Assembly (NCBI GenBank): GCA_002269645.1
Contig: NIVC01000100.1
Coordinates: 372,001 to 436,000 of the forward strand
DNA from: Macrostomum lignano
Taxonomy: Eukaryota
Reading direction: 5' to 3'
DNA length: 64,000 nt
Of the stretch, positions 1 through 12,200 are shown piece by piece. The position numbers were made by a program, and so were the translations under genes. Below the pieces are notes generated by a model. The model made no database searches. It was not told the origin of the DNA and worked only from the letters and a program-made list of their open reading frames with translations. The stretch's first letter is position 1; the number at the start of each line of letters is the position of its first letter.

Positions 1-495
1 TACATCTGTTAGATATCTGTTAGATATCTGTTAGATATCTTTTAGATATCTGTTAGTCATCTACTAGACAGCTGTTAGATATTTGTTTAGACATCTGTTA
101 GATATCTGTAAGACATCTGTTATATATCTGTTAGATATCTGTTAGATATCTGCTTGAAATATGTTAAACATGTGTTAGGTACCTTAGACAAGTGTTAGTC
201 ATCTGTTAGACAGCTGTTAGATATTTGTTTAGACATCTGTTAGATATCTGTAAGATATCTGTTATATATCTGTTAGATATCTGTTAGATATCTGCTTGAA
301 ATATTTTGAACATGTGTTAGGTACCTTAGACAAGTGTTAGTCATCTGTTAGACAGCTGTTAGATATTTGTTTAGACATCTTTTAGATATCTGTAAGACAT
401 CTGTTATATATCTGTTATATATCTGTTAGATATCTGCTTGAAATATGTTAAACATGTGTTAGGTACCTTTAGACAAGTGTTAGTCATCTGTTAGA
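1..495. repeat. Tandem repeat, ~11-bp atatctgttag unit with a 142-bp higher-order period
   Basis: catgtgttag recurs at 169, 311 and 453. The array runs off the window start. Confidence 0.9.
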
Positions 496-858
496 CAGCT
501 GTACGGCGCAGTTCTGTCAGCAGGGGCAAAGTTTGATGTACATTAGATGAGCACCATGCACTGTGCGTAATCATGCAATTATTTAGCGAGCTGGCAATGC
601 AAGAGAAGCTCATATAAAGCAAACCAATTTCTTGTGTTGGAATTGCAAACGATTGCCAACAAGACCGAGAAACACACTTTATAAGCACTCTGTGAACTGC
701 ACCTCTCTATTCACTTTTCTTTCACATTTCCTCTTGACACTTTCCTTAGACGACTCGAGTGCAAACACTGTTCGGATTCGGCTATGAGAGCGGAGAGAGG
801 GCTGCACCGAAAAAAGAACTTGTGCCAAAAGTTTAGGTGCAGGGTAGGCCAACTCTTT

Positions 859-1331
859 TGGGGAATTCTGTGATTCCATGGCTCTCATAGAGGGGAATTC
901 TGAGATGCCATGGCTCATAGAGGGGAATTCTGAGATGCCATGGCTCATAGAGGCAAGCTCTAAGATGCCATGGCTCAAGAGCTAGGGAATTCTGAGATGC
1001 CAAGGCTCACGGAGGGGACTTCTGAGATGCCAAGGCTCACGGAGGGGACTTCTGAGATGCCAAGGCTCACTGAGGGGAGTTCTGAGATGCGATGGCTCAT
1101 AGAGGGGAATTATGAGATGCTATGGCTCTTAGAGGGGAATTATGAGATGCCATGGCTCAAAGAGGGGAATTCTGAGATGCCATGGCTCAAAGAGGGGAAT
1201 TCTGAGATGCCAAGGCTCACAAAGGGGAATTCTAAGATGCCAGGGCTCACCGAGAGGAATTCTGACATTCCATGGCTCACGAAGGGGTATTCTGAGATGC
1301 TATGGCTCAAAGAGGGGAATTCTGAGATGAC
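859..1331. repeat. 30-bp minisatellite (gaggggaattctgagatgccatggctcata); resumes at 4265-4335 after a transposon insertion
   Basis: About 15 copies visible. Explains ORFs 970..1416, 1140..1379 and 1142..1330. Confidence 0.95.
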
Positions 1332-4264
1332 CCCAGTGAAAAATGATTCATGGATTCCACGTGGGTTCCACGTGGCCATGTGGAATTTAAATGTTTCTTT
1401 AATTTTTGCAAATTAATGACTTAAAGATGACATAATGGTATGCAAAGTATTTTTATGCACTATTTTTTAATTTTTACTGTCCCAATGTTGATGTGGATTT
1501 TACAAGGAATTCATGAGAAATAAGCGTATATTGATTCAACATGGAATCCACTTCGATAAAAAAACTGTGATACACCACATTCAGACGTTTTTATGAAATT
1601 ACTATAATTAATTATTATATTTATATGCTTTTAAGTAGAAATTAATATCTTAAAGCTAAATTATAATCAGAAAATAAGATACTGTTTGTTAAAATAGACA
1701 AAATAGAAGTGAACAATAAAAAACGTTTCGTGCTTTTTAAAATTAAATTTATTTTATTTTATATTCGCGCGTCAATGTCTTGGTTCAAGGCCTTAAAAGA
1801 TAAATTGCCTTGTTTATGGCTATTTAAGCACCTTAAAAATTTTAGTAGACGTAGCCTATAGGCAATAACTTATAAGGCCATGGCCTCCATGGGATTAGAA
1901 ATTAGATAAATCAGTATTTCATCATAGATAGGCCTAATACTTTTGGTAAAATCCATCCATGATAAATTTATTTAGGCTTATCCAATTTCTAGGAATCCCA
2001 TGGCCATGTCCATAGATTGGCTACTCATTTTTTAAACTTAAATAGGCCTTTAGAAGTTCATAATTTCCTCTTAGTCCTACCTATTAGTCTTATCTATTTA
2101 TGTATGCTTATTAGGCCTATTTTAAGCTAGGCCTAGGCCTATAACTATCAATTTAGAGGTCCTTCTATTTTAATTAAGGTTAAGACTAGCTTGACTTTGT
2201 GAATTGTGACTAGTCAATCTAGTTAATCTGTTAAAAATCTATTCATTTATGATTTTCTTCAAAAAAGCCTGTTAGCATCTTTTAGACTTGTTGCATTTTT
2301 AAAAACAATATTATTAATCATTATAAATATTTAAATAATTCTTTGCAATTACACTTGCAACCTGTTTTTGGCATAGCTAGCCTAGCAGATCCCTAAGGTT
2401 GCTATTATAAATAAATAATGATTATTGTAAATTTGATCTGATTTAGGCCAAGTCCAGAATTTAATAGCTATAGGGCATAGCTTTTAAGATTAGGCCTAAT
2501 GTTTAATCATACTATTTTTTTTATTAGAGGCAGGGGGTTGTGTACACCCTGGCACACTTTAAGCGACATAGGCATACAACTGGCGAGAGGCATTGCTGCC
2601 CATTCCACTAACTCCCTTGAGCAGGCACACAAGCGTGCAGATACGTATGCAGGCACACTTACACAGGAGTGTACAGTGGCCCTAACTTTATTTATCGTTA
2701 GGCATGTATACTTCACTATGCCTTGGGGGTTGGCTCTCAAGGCCATTAATTGCACAAACAGAGAGCCAAGCCAAGATTCCAATTTAGCCCCAAATTAATG
2801 TGACTGCACTTAGAATCAAGCCTAGGTTGCTGGCACACCAAAGCAGCTATGCTACCGCTTGGCTACAGCCCCCCTTTTAATCATAATAGGCCCGCAAATA
2901 TAAAAAAAACATGCATTGCTTTGCCTAAATACTTTATAGTCTAAAATCAATTTTAAAATAAAAAATTAAATTTATAGAAACATATATTAATTTTTTGTAC
3001 TTATTATTTTAATTTTAATAATTTAATTTTATTGATTGACTTGGGTAGGGTTTTCTTTTTTGCTAGAGACAAGGTGCAAAATCATACCCTATGCTCACTT
3101 TTAGGGTTTTATGATTTTAAGGCTTAGAATGCAGTTTCTCTTTTTTCTTAGGCCTATATAAAGGCAGTGCAAAAAAGGCTTCAACAGGAAAATAGGTAAT
3201 GAGATCACACCTAAACTGTATCATCAACTTTTTAATTTCAATTTTCAAGGTGCAATTTTTAAATTTAGGGTGCATATGCACACTTTGCGCTTAAAAAATA
3301 AACCTAGGACTTAGGCCTAGTTAATTTTAAAATAAACTTTATTTTATTTTATAAGTATTTATCATTAAATTAGTTTTATGAATTATATCAATATTATTTA
3401 TCAATCTTAATTGGCAACAATTATTTTTCTATTTCATTTCAGCCTAACATTACATGACCCATCCTCAAACTTGGATGTCACCTTGGTCTTGCATTTGAAG
3501 AAGCTTGCAAAGCTACTTGGAATTTGAATTTAATATCTCAAATGCTACCTTTTGTGAAGCAATGGTAAGTTTTAGTTATAAACTTATTTTTTTCTGTCAT
3601 CAAAATCTATCAAAATCTATTACAAAATCTGTCATCAATCTGTTATAAAACTCTGTAATTTAACCCCTTTCTTTTCTAAGGTTGCTCACCTGACCTGAAG
3701 AAGCAGCATTCTGGCAATTGGCAGCAGCATGTTTCTGACTGTTCTAATTCTGATGCATTATATTATTGTTAATTAATGCTATTGACAATGTCAATTTCAA
3801 ATTATATATTATATCATATGCGCAGTGCAACTCTAAAGATATCAATATTTACATCAGTGTGTTTATTCTTTGTGTGCCAGTGACTCACTACTGTACATAA
3901 ATACACCTTACATCGTTTTTGAATTTTGAATTTTGAATTTTTGTGCAGAAATATTTTTGGCTATAGCTAGTGTTTTATCTGTGTTTCAGTTTCTTTTATA
4001 TGGTATTGAGATCTGGGGTTCGTATGAAATTTTGAGATCTGGTATTATTTTGAGATTTAGGATGCAACAATTTATTATGGCAACCAGTATAATGGCTGCT
4101 TATTCAATGACAATGTGGATTCTATGTGAAATACATAATTACTTCCATATGGATCTTCCATGTGGAATCCATATCTTGATTCCACATGGATGGACGGAGA
4201 CAAATGCACATATGGATTTCATATGAAAAATCCACATGGAATCCATATCATTTTTTTCACTGGG
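1332..4264. mobile_element. Non-autonomous CMC/EnSpm (CACTA-superfamily)-like DNA transposon, 2933 bp
   Basis: Left end CCCAGTGAAAAATGATTCATGGATTCCACGTGG; reverse complement of right end CCCAGTGAAAAAAATGATATGGATTCCATGTGG. 2-bp TSD 'ac' at 1330-1331 and 4265-4266. Removing the element rejoins a minisatellite unit. CMCWR termini with a short TSD are typical of CMC elements. No transposase ORF. Confidence 0.8.
2812..2874 (-). other. Degenerate tRNA-derived (SINE-head-like) fragment
   Basis: Minus strand GGGGCTGTAGCCAAGCGGTAGC...GGCTTGATTCT: good A box (TAGCCAAGCGG), decayed B box, no clean cloverleaf. Confidence 0.35.
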
Positions 4265-5393
4265 ACATGGCTCAAAGAGGGGAATTCTGAGATGCCAATG
4301 CTCACAAGGGGAATTCTGAGACGCTATGACCTCACGATAGGTCAGTCTATCAAGTCGTTGTATTGTGTCACCTATCAATCAATCATTAAACTCCCGAACG
4401 TCTATTTTGTGCCCAATTTATTGGCATCCTGTCGATTCTCACGAAAGCCTAAAAGCAAAAAAATAACCCTCAGTTTGTGTCTCATGCAAGCAAGCTTGTG
4501 CTCAAAGTCAGCACCAACCAGATATGGTCTACCGCAGAGACCAGAGCATTTTGAGTTAACGAATGAATGAGAACTCTCTCTCCCAGCCCTTACCCTTAAA
4601 TTTATTATTTTTATGGCGACATAGGGCTGAGTGGACGGCTATATGGAAGTGAGAATTTTTATTGCAAGAGTAGCAACAGAGAGAGAGAGAGAGAGAGAAA
4701 GGCAGGAGAAAGGGAAAGGGCAGGGTGTGGCGCCTGAGTTCTGGGGGTGACTCACAACACACGCACAGTTAGTTGCCGTTGCTATACGCAGGCTAAGAGA
4801 GCGGCCTACGGCCTAATTTCTGTGCATTATAGAGAGGCCCGAGAAACTTGAATGCATTTAACAATGCTCCGTGCTCAGATGCATACAGGGAAGCAGAATC
4901 CAAGCAGGTCTTGTGGTGGTTGGTTGAAGAACAAGTCTCTATACTTCTAACTGCATGTACGTACGCTGTGGGATGGACAATCCTGCCCAGGCATTGCCGA
5001 CCTCCTCTGTCTTTCATAGCTACTCTCTACCCTCTTCTCTCCCTCTCCTTTCTCTTATGAAGACCTTGCCAACAAGCAGTGTATATTATAAGGCACACAG
5101 AATTTACCTATTAGAGACTTTATTGACTGTACTTAACCCCGTCCCATGCTGCCAAAGCCCCTGCCAATCAGCATGTAAGAGACGGACAGGACAGACAATA
5201 ACTGGCACAGGAAAGAAGGGCCGAGCGGAGACGCAAAGCATACAAAGATCCCTATTGTCAATCGCTCTCGCCGTTTCGCCGTTCGGTCAAAAGAAACCCG
5301 CAGACACAACAAAAACTTACTTCGTTATTGCACTATAATTCCAGTGTCGGAAACGCAAATAAATGATCGGCAGCTAACTGATCTCAATTGACG

Positions 5394-6957
5394 ATGATGC
5401 AACCAATGATGTCGCCTCCGAGTGCAGCTGGTCAGGCGTGTCCCAGGATCAAATGCGTGGTCGTCGGAGACGGCGGCGCCGGCAAGACATGCCTACTGTC
5501 AACTTACTCCAGAGGAGTTTTTCCCACCGACTACGTCCCCACAGTGTTTGATAACTACGACACAGTGGCTAGAGTTGATGGAGTTCCTGTGCAGCTGGGA
5601 CTCTGGGACACGGCCGGCCAGGAGGACTATGACAAGCTGAGGCCGCTGTCCTATCCGCAGACAGACGTGTTCATCGTCTGTTTCAGCATCGGCAACAGGA
5701 CCTCATTCAGCAATGTGGCAGACAAATGGCAACCGGAGTTGCAGAGCCACTCGCCAGGGACTCCGATTCTGCTGGTTGGTACTAAGTGCGATCTGAGAGA
5801 CGATCCCGACTTTGCCAATCACCTGCGACTGCACAACCAGCGGGCGGTCACCAAGCAGGAGGCCAATGCAGTGGCCACCTCTGTTGGAGCAATAAAGTAC
5901 ACCGAGTGCTCAGCTCTGAGAGGGGTCAACATCGACCAGGTGAGAGACGTCGGACCGACGTTGAGATGGAGAGCATCTTTAGGGGTGTCGTCTTATTTGA
6001 GTGGGCTCCATTTCGTCTGTGGGGGCGCCATTTTATTTGAGGGGGCGCCATTTCATTTATGAGGGCGCCACTTCATTTCAGGAAGGGGCGCCATTTCATT
6101 TGAGGGGGCGCCATTTCATTTGAGGATGCGCCGTTTCATTTGAGGGAGGCGCCATTTTATTTGAAGGGTGCCATTTCATTTGAGGGGCGCCATTTCATTT
6201 GAGGGGGCGCCATTTTATTTGAAAGGCTGCCATTTCATTTGAGGGGGCTCCATTTCATTTGAGGGGGCGCCATTCTATTTGAGAGGCTGCCATTTCATTT
6301 GAGGGGGCTCCATTTCATTTGAGGTGGGGCGCCATTTCATTTGAGGGGGGCGCCATTTCATTTGAGGTGGGGCGCCAGTTCATTTGAGGGGGCTCCATTT
6401 CATTTGAGGTGGGGCGCCAGTTCATTTGAGGGAGGCGCCATTTCATTTGAGGATGCGCCGTTTCATTTGAGGGAGGCGCCATTTCATTTGAGGGAGTCGC
6501 CATTTTATTTGAGGGAGGCGCCATTTCATTTGAGGGAGGCGCCATTTCATTTGAGGGGTGCTCCATTTCATTTGAGGGGCGCCATTTCATTTGAGGGGTG
6601 CTCCATTTCATTTGAGGGAGGCGCCATTTCATTTAAGGGAGGTGCCATTTCATTTAAAGGAGGCGCCATTTTATTTTAATACATGTAGCCAGCCTAGGTA
6701 CAATGCAACTACTGTAAAGGGAGCGCCAGATGACTGAGTCATACGTGTGCATTGTACATTGATTACAGAGGCGTTCCTACTACGAATAAAAAAAACAATA
6801 AAAACTTAGCTCGATCCTGTCATAAAAATCCCAGGTATTCGACGATGCAATTCGATGCGTCCTGTGGCCCGAGCTGTTCCCAGTTGCCAGGCAAGGCAAG
6901 AGAGGCAAAGGATCAAAGAAAAGTTCAAGCAAGAAAAAGTCGTGCTCGATTCAGTGA
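5394..6957 (+). CDS. Rho-family small GTPase, Rac/Cdc42-like; join(5394..5939,6835..6957), 222 aa
   Basis: Motifs GDGGAGKT, YVPTVFDNY, WDTAGQEDYDKLRPLSYPQTDVF, TKCDLR and ECSAL. Donor CAG|GTGAGA at 5940, acceptor ccag| at 6834. Exon 2 reads VFDDAIRCVL...KKKSCSIQ* (polybasic tract plus CaaX). Confidence 0.95.
5985..6680. repeat. ~19-22-bp minisatellite (gcgccatttcatttgagggg) in the Rho GTPase intron
   Basis: Direct tandem copies; source of ORFs 6315..6632 and 6341..6679. Confidence 0.9.
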
Positions 6958-7339
6958 GCAAAATTCTTGTGTTAGCAAAAATTGGTTTTATAGTTTTATT
7001 TTAATCTCTCAGCGCAATCGTCATGCCTACTCTTAGTAGTTTGCTGGTTAAACTTCAAGTTTTTGGCAAAATTAGTTCTATTTATATTCATGATGATGGC
7101 TTTGTGACTTCAACTGTTTAAACAAAATCTTTCCAACTCTGCTTATTATTGTGATCTGTTTAATGTGGCCATATGTTCAGCAATATTTTCTAAATTTTTA
7201 CAAAGCTTAGATTCAATTTTGTAGATGTACATGTTGAACCAAAATTTTTCAGTTACTAATATGGATCCAAGTTTGATACAGAACTTGTACTTGACAATCA
7301 GCTGTTAAATTTTTTTATAACTTTCGGTAGAACTGACAA

Positions 7340-8229
7340 ATCCAAAAATCAGACACTGTCAGGAACAAATTCTGATTATCTGACAGTCAGGAACAAATCC
7401 TGAGGATCTGACACTGTCAGAAACAAATCCTGATTATCTGACACTGTCAGGGACAAATCCTGAAGATCTGACACTGTCAGGGACAAATCCTGAAGATCTG
7501 ACACTGTCAGGGACAAATTCTGATTATCTGACAGTCAGGAACAAATCCTGAGGATCTGACACTGTCAGAAACAAATCCTGATTATCTGACACTGTCAGGG
7601 ACAAATCCTGAAGATCTGACACTGTCAGGGACAAATCCTAAAGATCTGACACTGTCAGGGACAAATCCTGATTATCTAACACTGTCAGGGACAAATCCTG
7701 AAGATCTGACACTGTCAGGGACAAATCCTGATTATCTGACACTGTCAGGGACAAATCCTAATTATCTGACACTGTCAGGGACAAAAATCCTGAAGATCTG
7801 ACACCGTCAGGGACAAATCCTGATTATCTGACACTGTCAGGGACAAATCCTGATTATCTGACATTGTCAGGGACAAATCCTGATTATCTGACACTGTCAG
7901 GGACAAATCCTGAAGATCTGACACTGTCAGGGACAAATCCTGTTTATCTGACACTGTCAGGGACAAATCCTGATTATCTGGCATTGTCAGGGACAAATCC
8001 TGTTTATCTGACACTGTCAGGGACAAATCCTGAGGATCTGACACCGTCAGGGACAAATCCTGAGGATCTGACACTGTCAGGGACAAATCCTGAGGATCTG
8101 ACACTCTCAGGGACAAACCGTGAGGATCTGACACTGTCAGGGACAAATCCTGAGGATCTGACACTGTCAGGGACAAACCCTGAGGACCTGACACTGTACG
8201 GAACTAATCCTGAGGATCTGACACCGTGA
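7340..8229. repeat. 30-bp minisatellite (ctgacactgtcagggacaaatcctgattat) with an internal near-palindrome
   Basis: About 29 copies; source of ORFs 7775..8194 and 7864..8229. Confidence 0.95.
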
Positions 8230-8739
8230 AGTTTCCAATTTGATAAGAAATTAGCCTATGCCATGCAAAAAAACAATCCGCATCTCTAAACGCTTCACTT
8301 TTGTACAATACTACTTTAAGTAATTGTTCCAAAAGACAATCAAGCTATAACATCTCCCAAGCATTTTCATCTGTTAACACGGGCAGACATTATTACAACC
8401 TCCCAAAATGTTTAAATTCTCTCTCTGACCTCAAAAACAACAAAACTTATTAAATGCCTCAAATTTATTGTCTTTTTAAACGTCTACTCGCCTTGCTGTG
8501 TTAATACAATCGCTTTTAGCTACTCAAAAAACCTCTACAGCCTACTCACTCAGTGCATTATAAGTAGTAGTAGCATTTTTATATTGGCAATATTAAACCT
8601 AAAAAATAAATCCATTGTAAAATCTCATTCTATTCTAGGTTAATAGAACGCTAAATTGGCAAAGCGTTTTTAAAACAACATTGACTAATTTATATTTATT
8701 TGTTTTTCTTTTAAAGCACATGATATACCGAGTGGCACA

Positions 8740-9190
8740 ACTGATAGGCAATTATCATAGGCTTGTACAAGTAGCATTGTTTATACAAGTGCCGATTGGT
8801 CATACAGTTGAATCGATCATACGCATACAATCATTCAATAAACATCAGTCATATAACTGGTCACACAGTCGGTAATTTAATAGGCTGTTATAGAACCCGT
8901 CATACAATCGGTCATTAAATAGGCATCGGTCAAAAACTGATCATACAATTGGTCATATAATAAACATCAGCCATATAACTGGTCATACAATCTGTCATTT
9001 AATAAACATCAGTCATACAACTGGTCATACAATTGGTCATATAATAAACATCAGTCATATAACTGGTCATACAATCGGCCATTCAATAAACATCAGTCAT
9101 ATAACTGATCATACAATCGGTCATTCAATAAACATCAGTCATATAACTGATCATACAATCGGTCATTCAATAAGCATCACTCATAAAAAA
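8740..9190. repeat. 42-bp degenerate tandem repeat just 3' of the API5 stop
   Basis: aactg(g/a)tcatacaatcgg at 9061 and 9103. Confidence 0.8.
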
Positions 9191-9208
9191 CTGGTCATGA
9201 TGATTACA

Positions 9209-12200
9209 TCAACGGTTGCCGCTGCCGCTTGAACGCCGTCCAGCAGTCGCCGAAGCCGCGGCACCAGCCCCAGTGTACACATTATAGTACCTGGATCGGC
9301 CACCCCTAGCCGCAGAGCTGTGCTTTGGCATCGGGCCAACTGCCGAGCTGAACTTGCCAACTGGCGGTCGGTACACCGGCAGATCCACTGCTCGCCGTTT
9401 ACGCGACGTTGTCAACCCGGCGGCGTCAGAGGAATCCCGACCCGGACGCTTTGTCGGCGAATTCAACGACAGTTCGTCGCTGTCCGACGGTCGAATATTT
9501 GGAGCGGCGATTCTGCGGCGACTTTTCTGCTGGCCGCCCAGCAACCAGGAAGGCGTGAGGGATGCAGCCGCCGATGATTCAGACTGACCCGGAGGTCGGC
9601 TTAGCAACTTAGGCAGCAGTAGGTATTCGATTAGGCGACATATATTCGATGTAATTGCTAGGGCGATTGAAATAGCTGACGAGTTTGTAGAATCGGTTGA
9701 CGGTTTTAACGACTGCTGATAGGACCGGCTGGCGCTAAAGTACATGTACATTAGAGAGTGAGAGTGTAGTACATTAATGTGCTGTATTATTTATTAGCTT
9801 TTGTAACAATGTAGGCTGGGTGACTATGTGATTCTACAGGAATATACGTATTTCTTGGATTTCAGGCATTTATGGTAATATGGGATTTCAGATATTTATG
9901 GGAATATGGGATTTCGGATATTTATGGGATTATGGGATTTCAGGTATTTATGGGATTATGGGATTTCAGATATTTATGGGATTATGGGATTTCAGATATT
10001 TATGGGATTATGGGATTTCAGATATTTATGGGATTATGGGATTTCAGGTATTTATGGGATTATGGGATTTCAGATATTTATGGGATTATGGGATTTCAGA
10101 TATTTATGGGATTATGGGATTTCAGGTATTTATGGGAATAAGGGATTTCAGGTTTTTATGGGAATATGGGATTTCAAGCATTTATGGGAATATGGGATTT
10201 CAGGTATTTATGGGATTATGGGATTTCAGGCATTTATGGGAATATGGGATTTCAGGTATTTATGGGAATATGGGATTTCAAGCATTTATGGGAATATGGG
10301 ATTTCAAGCATTTATGGGAATATGGGATTTCAGGTATTTATGGGATTATGGGATTTCAGGCATTTATGGGAATATGGGATTTCAGATATTTATGGGATTA
10401 TGGGATTTCAGGTATTTATGGGAATAAGGGATTTCAGGTTTTTATGGGAATATGGGATTTCAAGCATTTATGGGAATATGGGATTTCAGGTATTTATGGG
10501 ATTATGGGATTTCAGGCATTTATGGGAATATGGGATTTCAGGTATTTATGGGAATATGGGATTTCAAGCATTTATGGGAATATGGGATTTCAAGCATTTA
10601 TGGGATTATGGGATTTCAGGCATTTATGGGAATATGGGATTTCAGGTATTTATGGGAATATGGGATTTCAAGCATTTATGGGAATATGGGATTTCAGGTA
10701 TTTATGGGATTATGGGATTTCAGATATTTATGGGATTATGGGATTTCATGTATTTATGGGAATATGGGATTTCAGGTTTTTATGGGATTATGGGATTTCA
10801 AGCATTTATGGGAATATGGGATTTCAGGTATTTATGGGAATATGGGATTTCAAGCATTTATGGGAATATGGGATTTCAGGTATTTATGGGATTATGGGAT
10901 TTCAGGTATTTATGGGATTATGGGAGTTCAGGCATTTATGGGAATATGGGATTTCATGTATTTATTGGATTATGAGATTTAAGGCATTTAGTGGTATTGT
11001 GGGATTTTTATTGTTTCATAAGGAATAACGGGATTTAGGATATCTATGGGATTGTGGGATTTCGGATATTATTATAGGATCATGGGATTTCATAGCATTA
11101 TGAGACATCAGATAATTATATGACCAGTGCAGATGGAAATCTGGAGTAACTCTTTATTTTGCGCATACTTAATTACCTCTGACAATGTTTTAAACGATTC
11201 TGCAGAGCATCAAAAGCGCCGGCGTTAGTACCAAAGTAGTCTTGCCTGGCCTGAGTCAGTCTATGCACAGCAAACAGTAGGCTTTCGATATGGGAAAAAT
11301 TGTATTCGGTTGCTGATTTAGAAGAGCCATCCTCATGATGCGGCAGCTCAGAATCCAACTGGTTAAGAAGGCAGGATAGCTGCTGGTCTGTTGCTTTGAA
11401 GTCCGGACCTGAAAAATTCGTTATAAACACAATTACAAAGGATTTTACTGAGGTTCACAGCTACGATAGCTGTAATTAATATCACTTGACAACCGTTGCT
11501 ACGGTAATCATAAACAAATCTTTTATTTTAAAAAGCGTTCCTAGGGTAAATCATAAATCTTGGCATTTACTTGGCAACCGTTGCTAGGGTAAATAAAAAT
11601 CTTGGTGTTAACTTGGCAACCGTTGCTAGGGCAAACATAAATCTTGGAAATAACTTGGTAACCGTTGCTAGGGTAAATAAAAATCTGGGCACTAACTTGG
11701 CAACCGTTGTTAGGGCAATCATAAACCTTAACAGTAGCTTAGTAACCGTTGCTAGGGTAAATAAAAGTTTGGGCATTACCTTGGCAACTGCTGTTAGTGC
11801 AAGGCTAATCTTTATTCCTTAGCAACGAGGCTATAAAAGAACTGTTTGTCATTAAAAAGCGACTTACTGACATGAGAGCTCAGCTCAGCTAACTGCTGCA
11901 TCAACTCCAATCTTGGCCGATCTCCATCAGCCAGCTCGGACACCTGGCTGAGCTGCGGCAGCACCTTGTCGAGATAGTATGTCACGAACTTGTCCGAGAT
12001 GATGCTTTTCTGCGAAATGCGCGTTGGAGTTGAAAGCTTGATTTAGGGACCTTGATGGGGCAGACACCATTAATGAATAAGGTCATGACCTTGACCCACA
12101 AACAATGAACCTCACTCCATTAATGAATAAGGTCATGACCTTGACCCACAACCAATGAACCTGGCACCATTAATTAATGAATAAGGTCATGACCTCGACC

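Noticed and set aside
585-850. RING-like spacing (FLCWNCKRLPTRPRNTLYKH..C) and a CKHC in another frame
   Set aside because: A ligand Cys is replaced, frames do not join through a convincing splice, and no start is evident.
9872-11028. 382-aa and overlapping W/G/F/Y-rich ORFs
   Set aside because: Translations of a 26-bp minisatellite, open in several frames, antisense within API5 intron 5.
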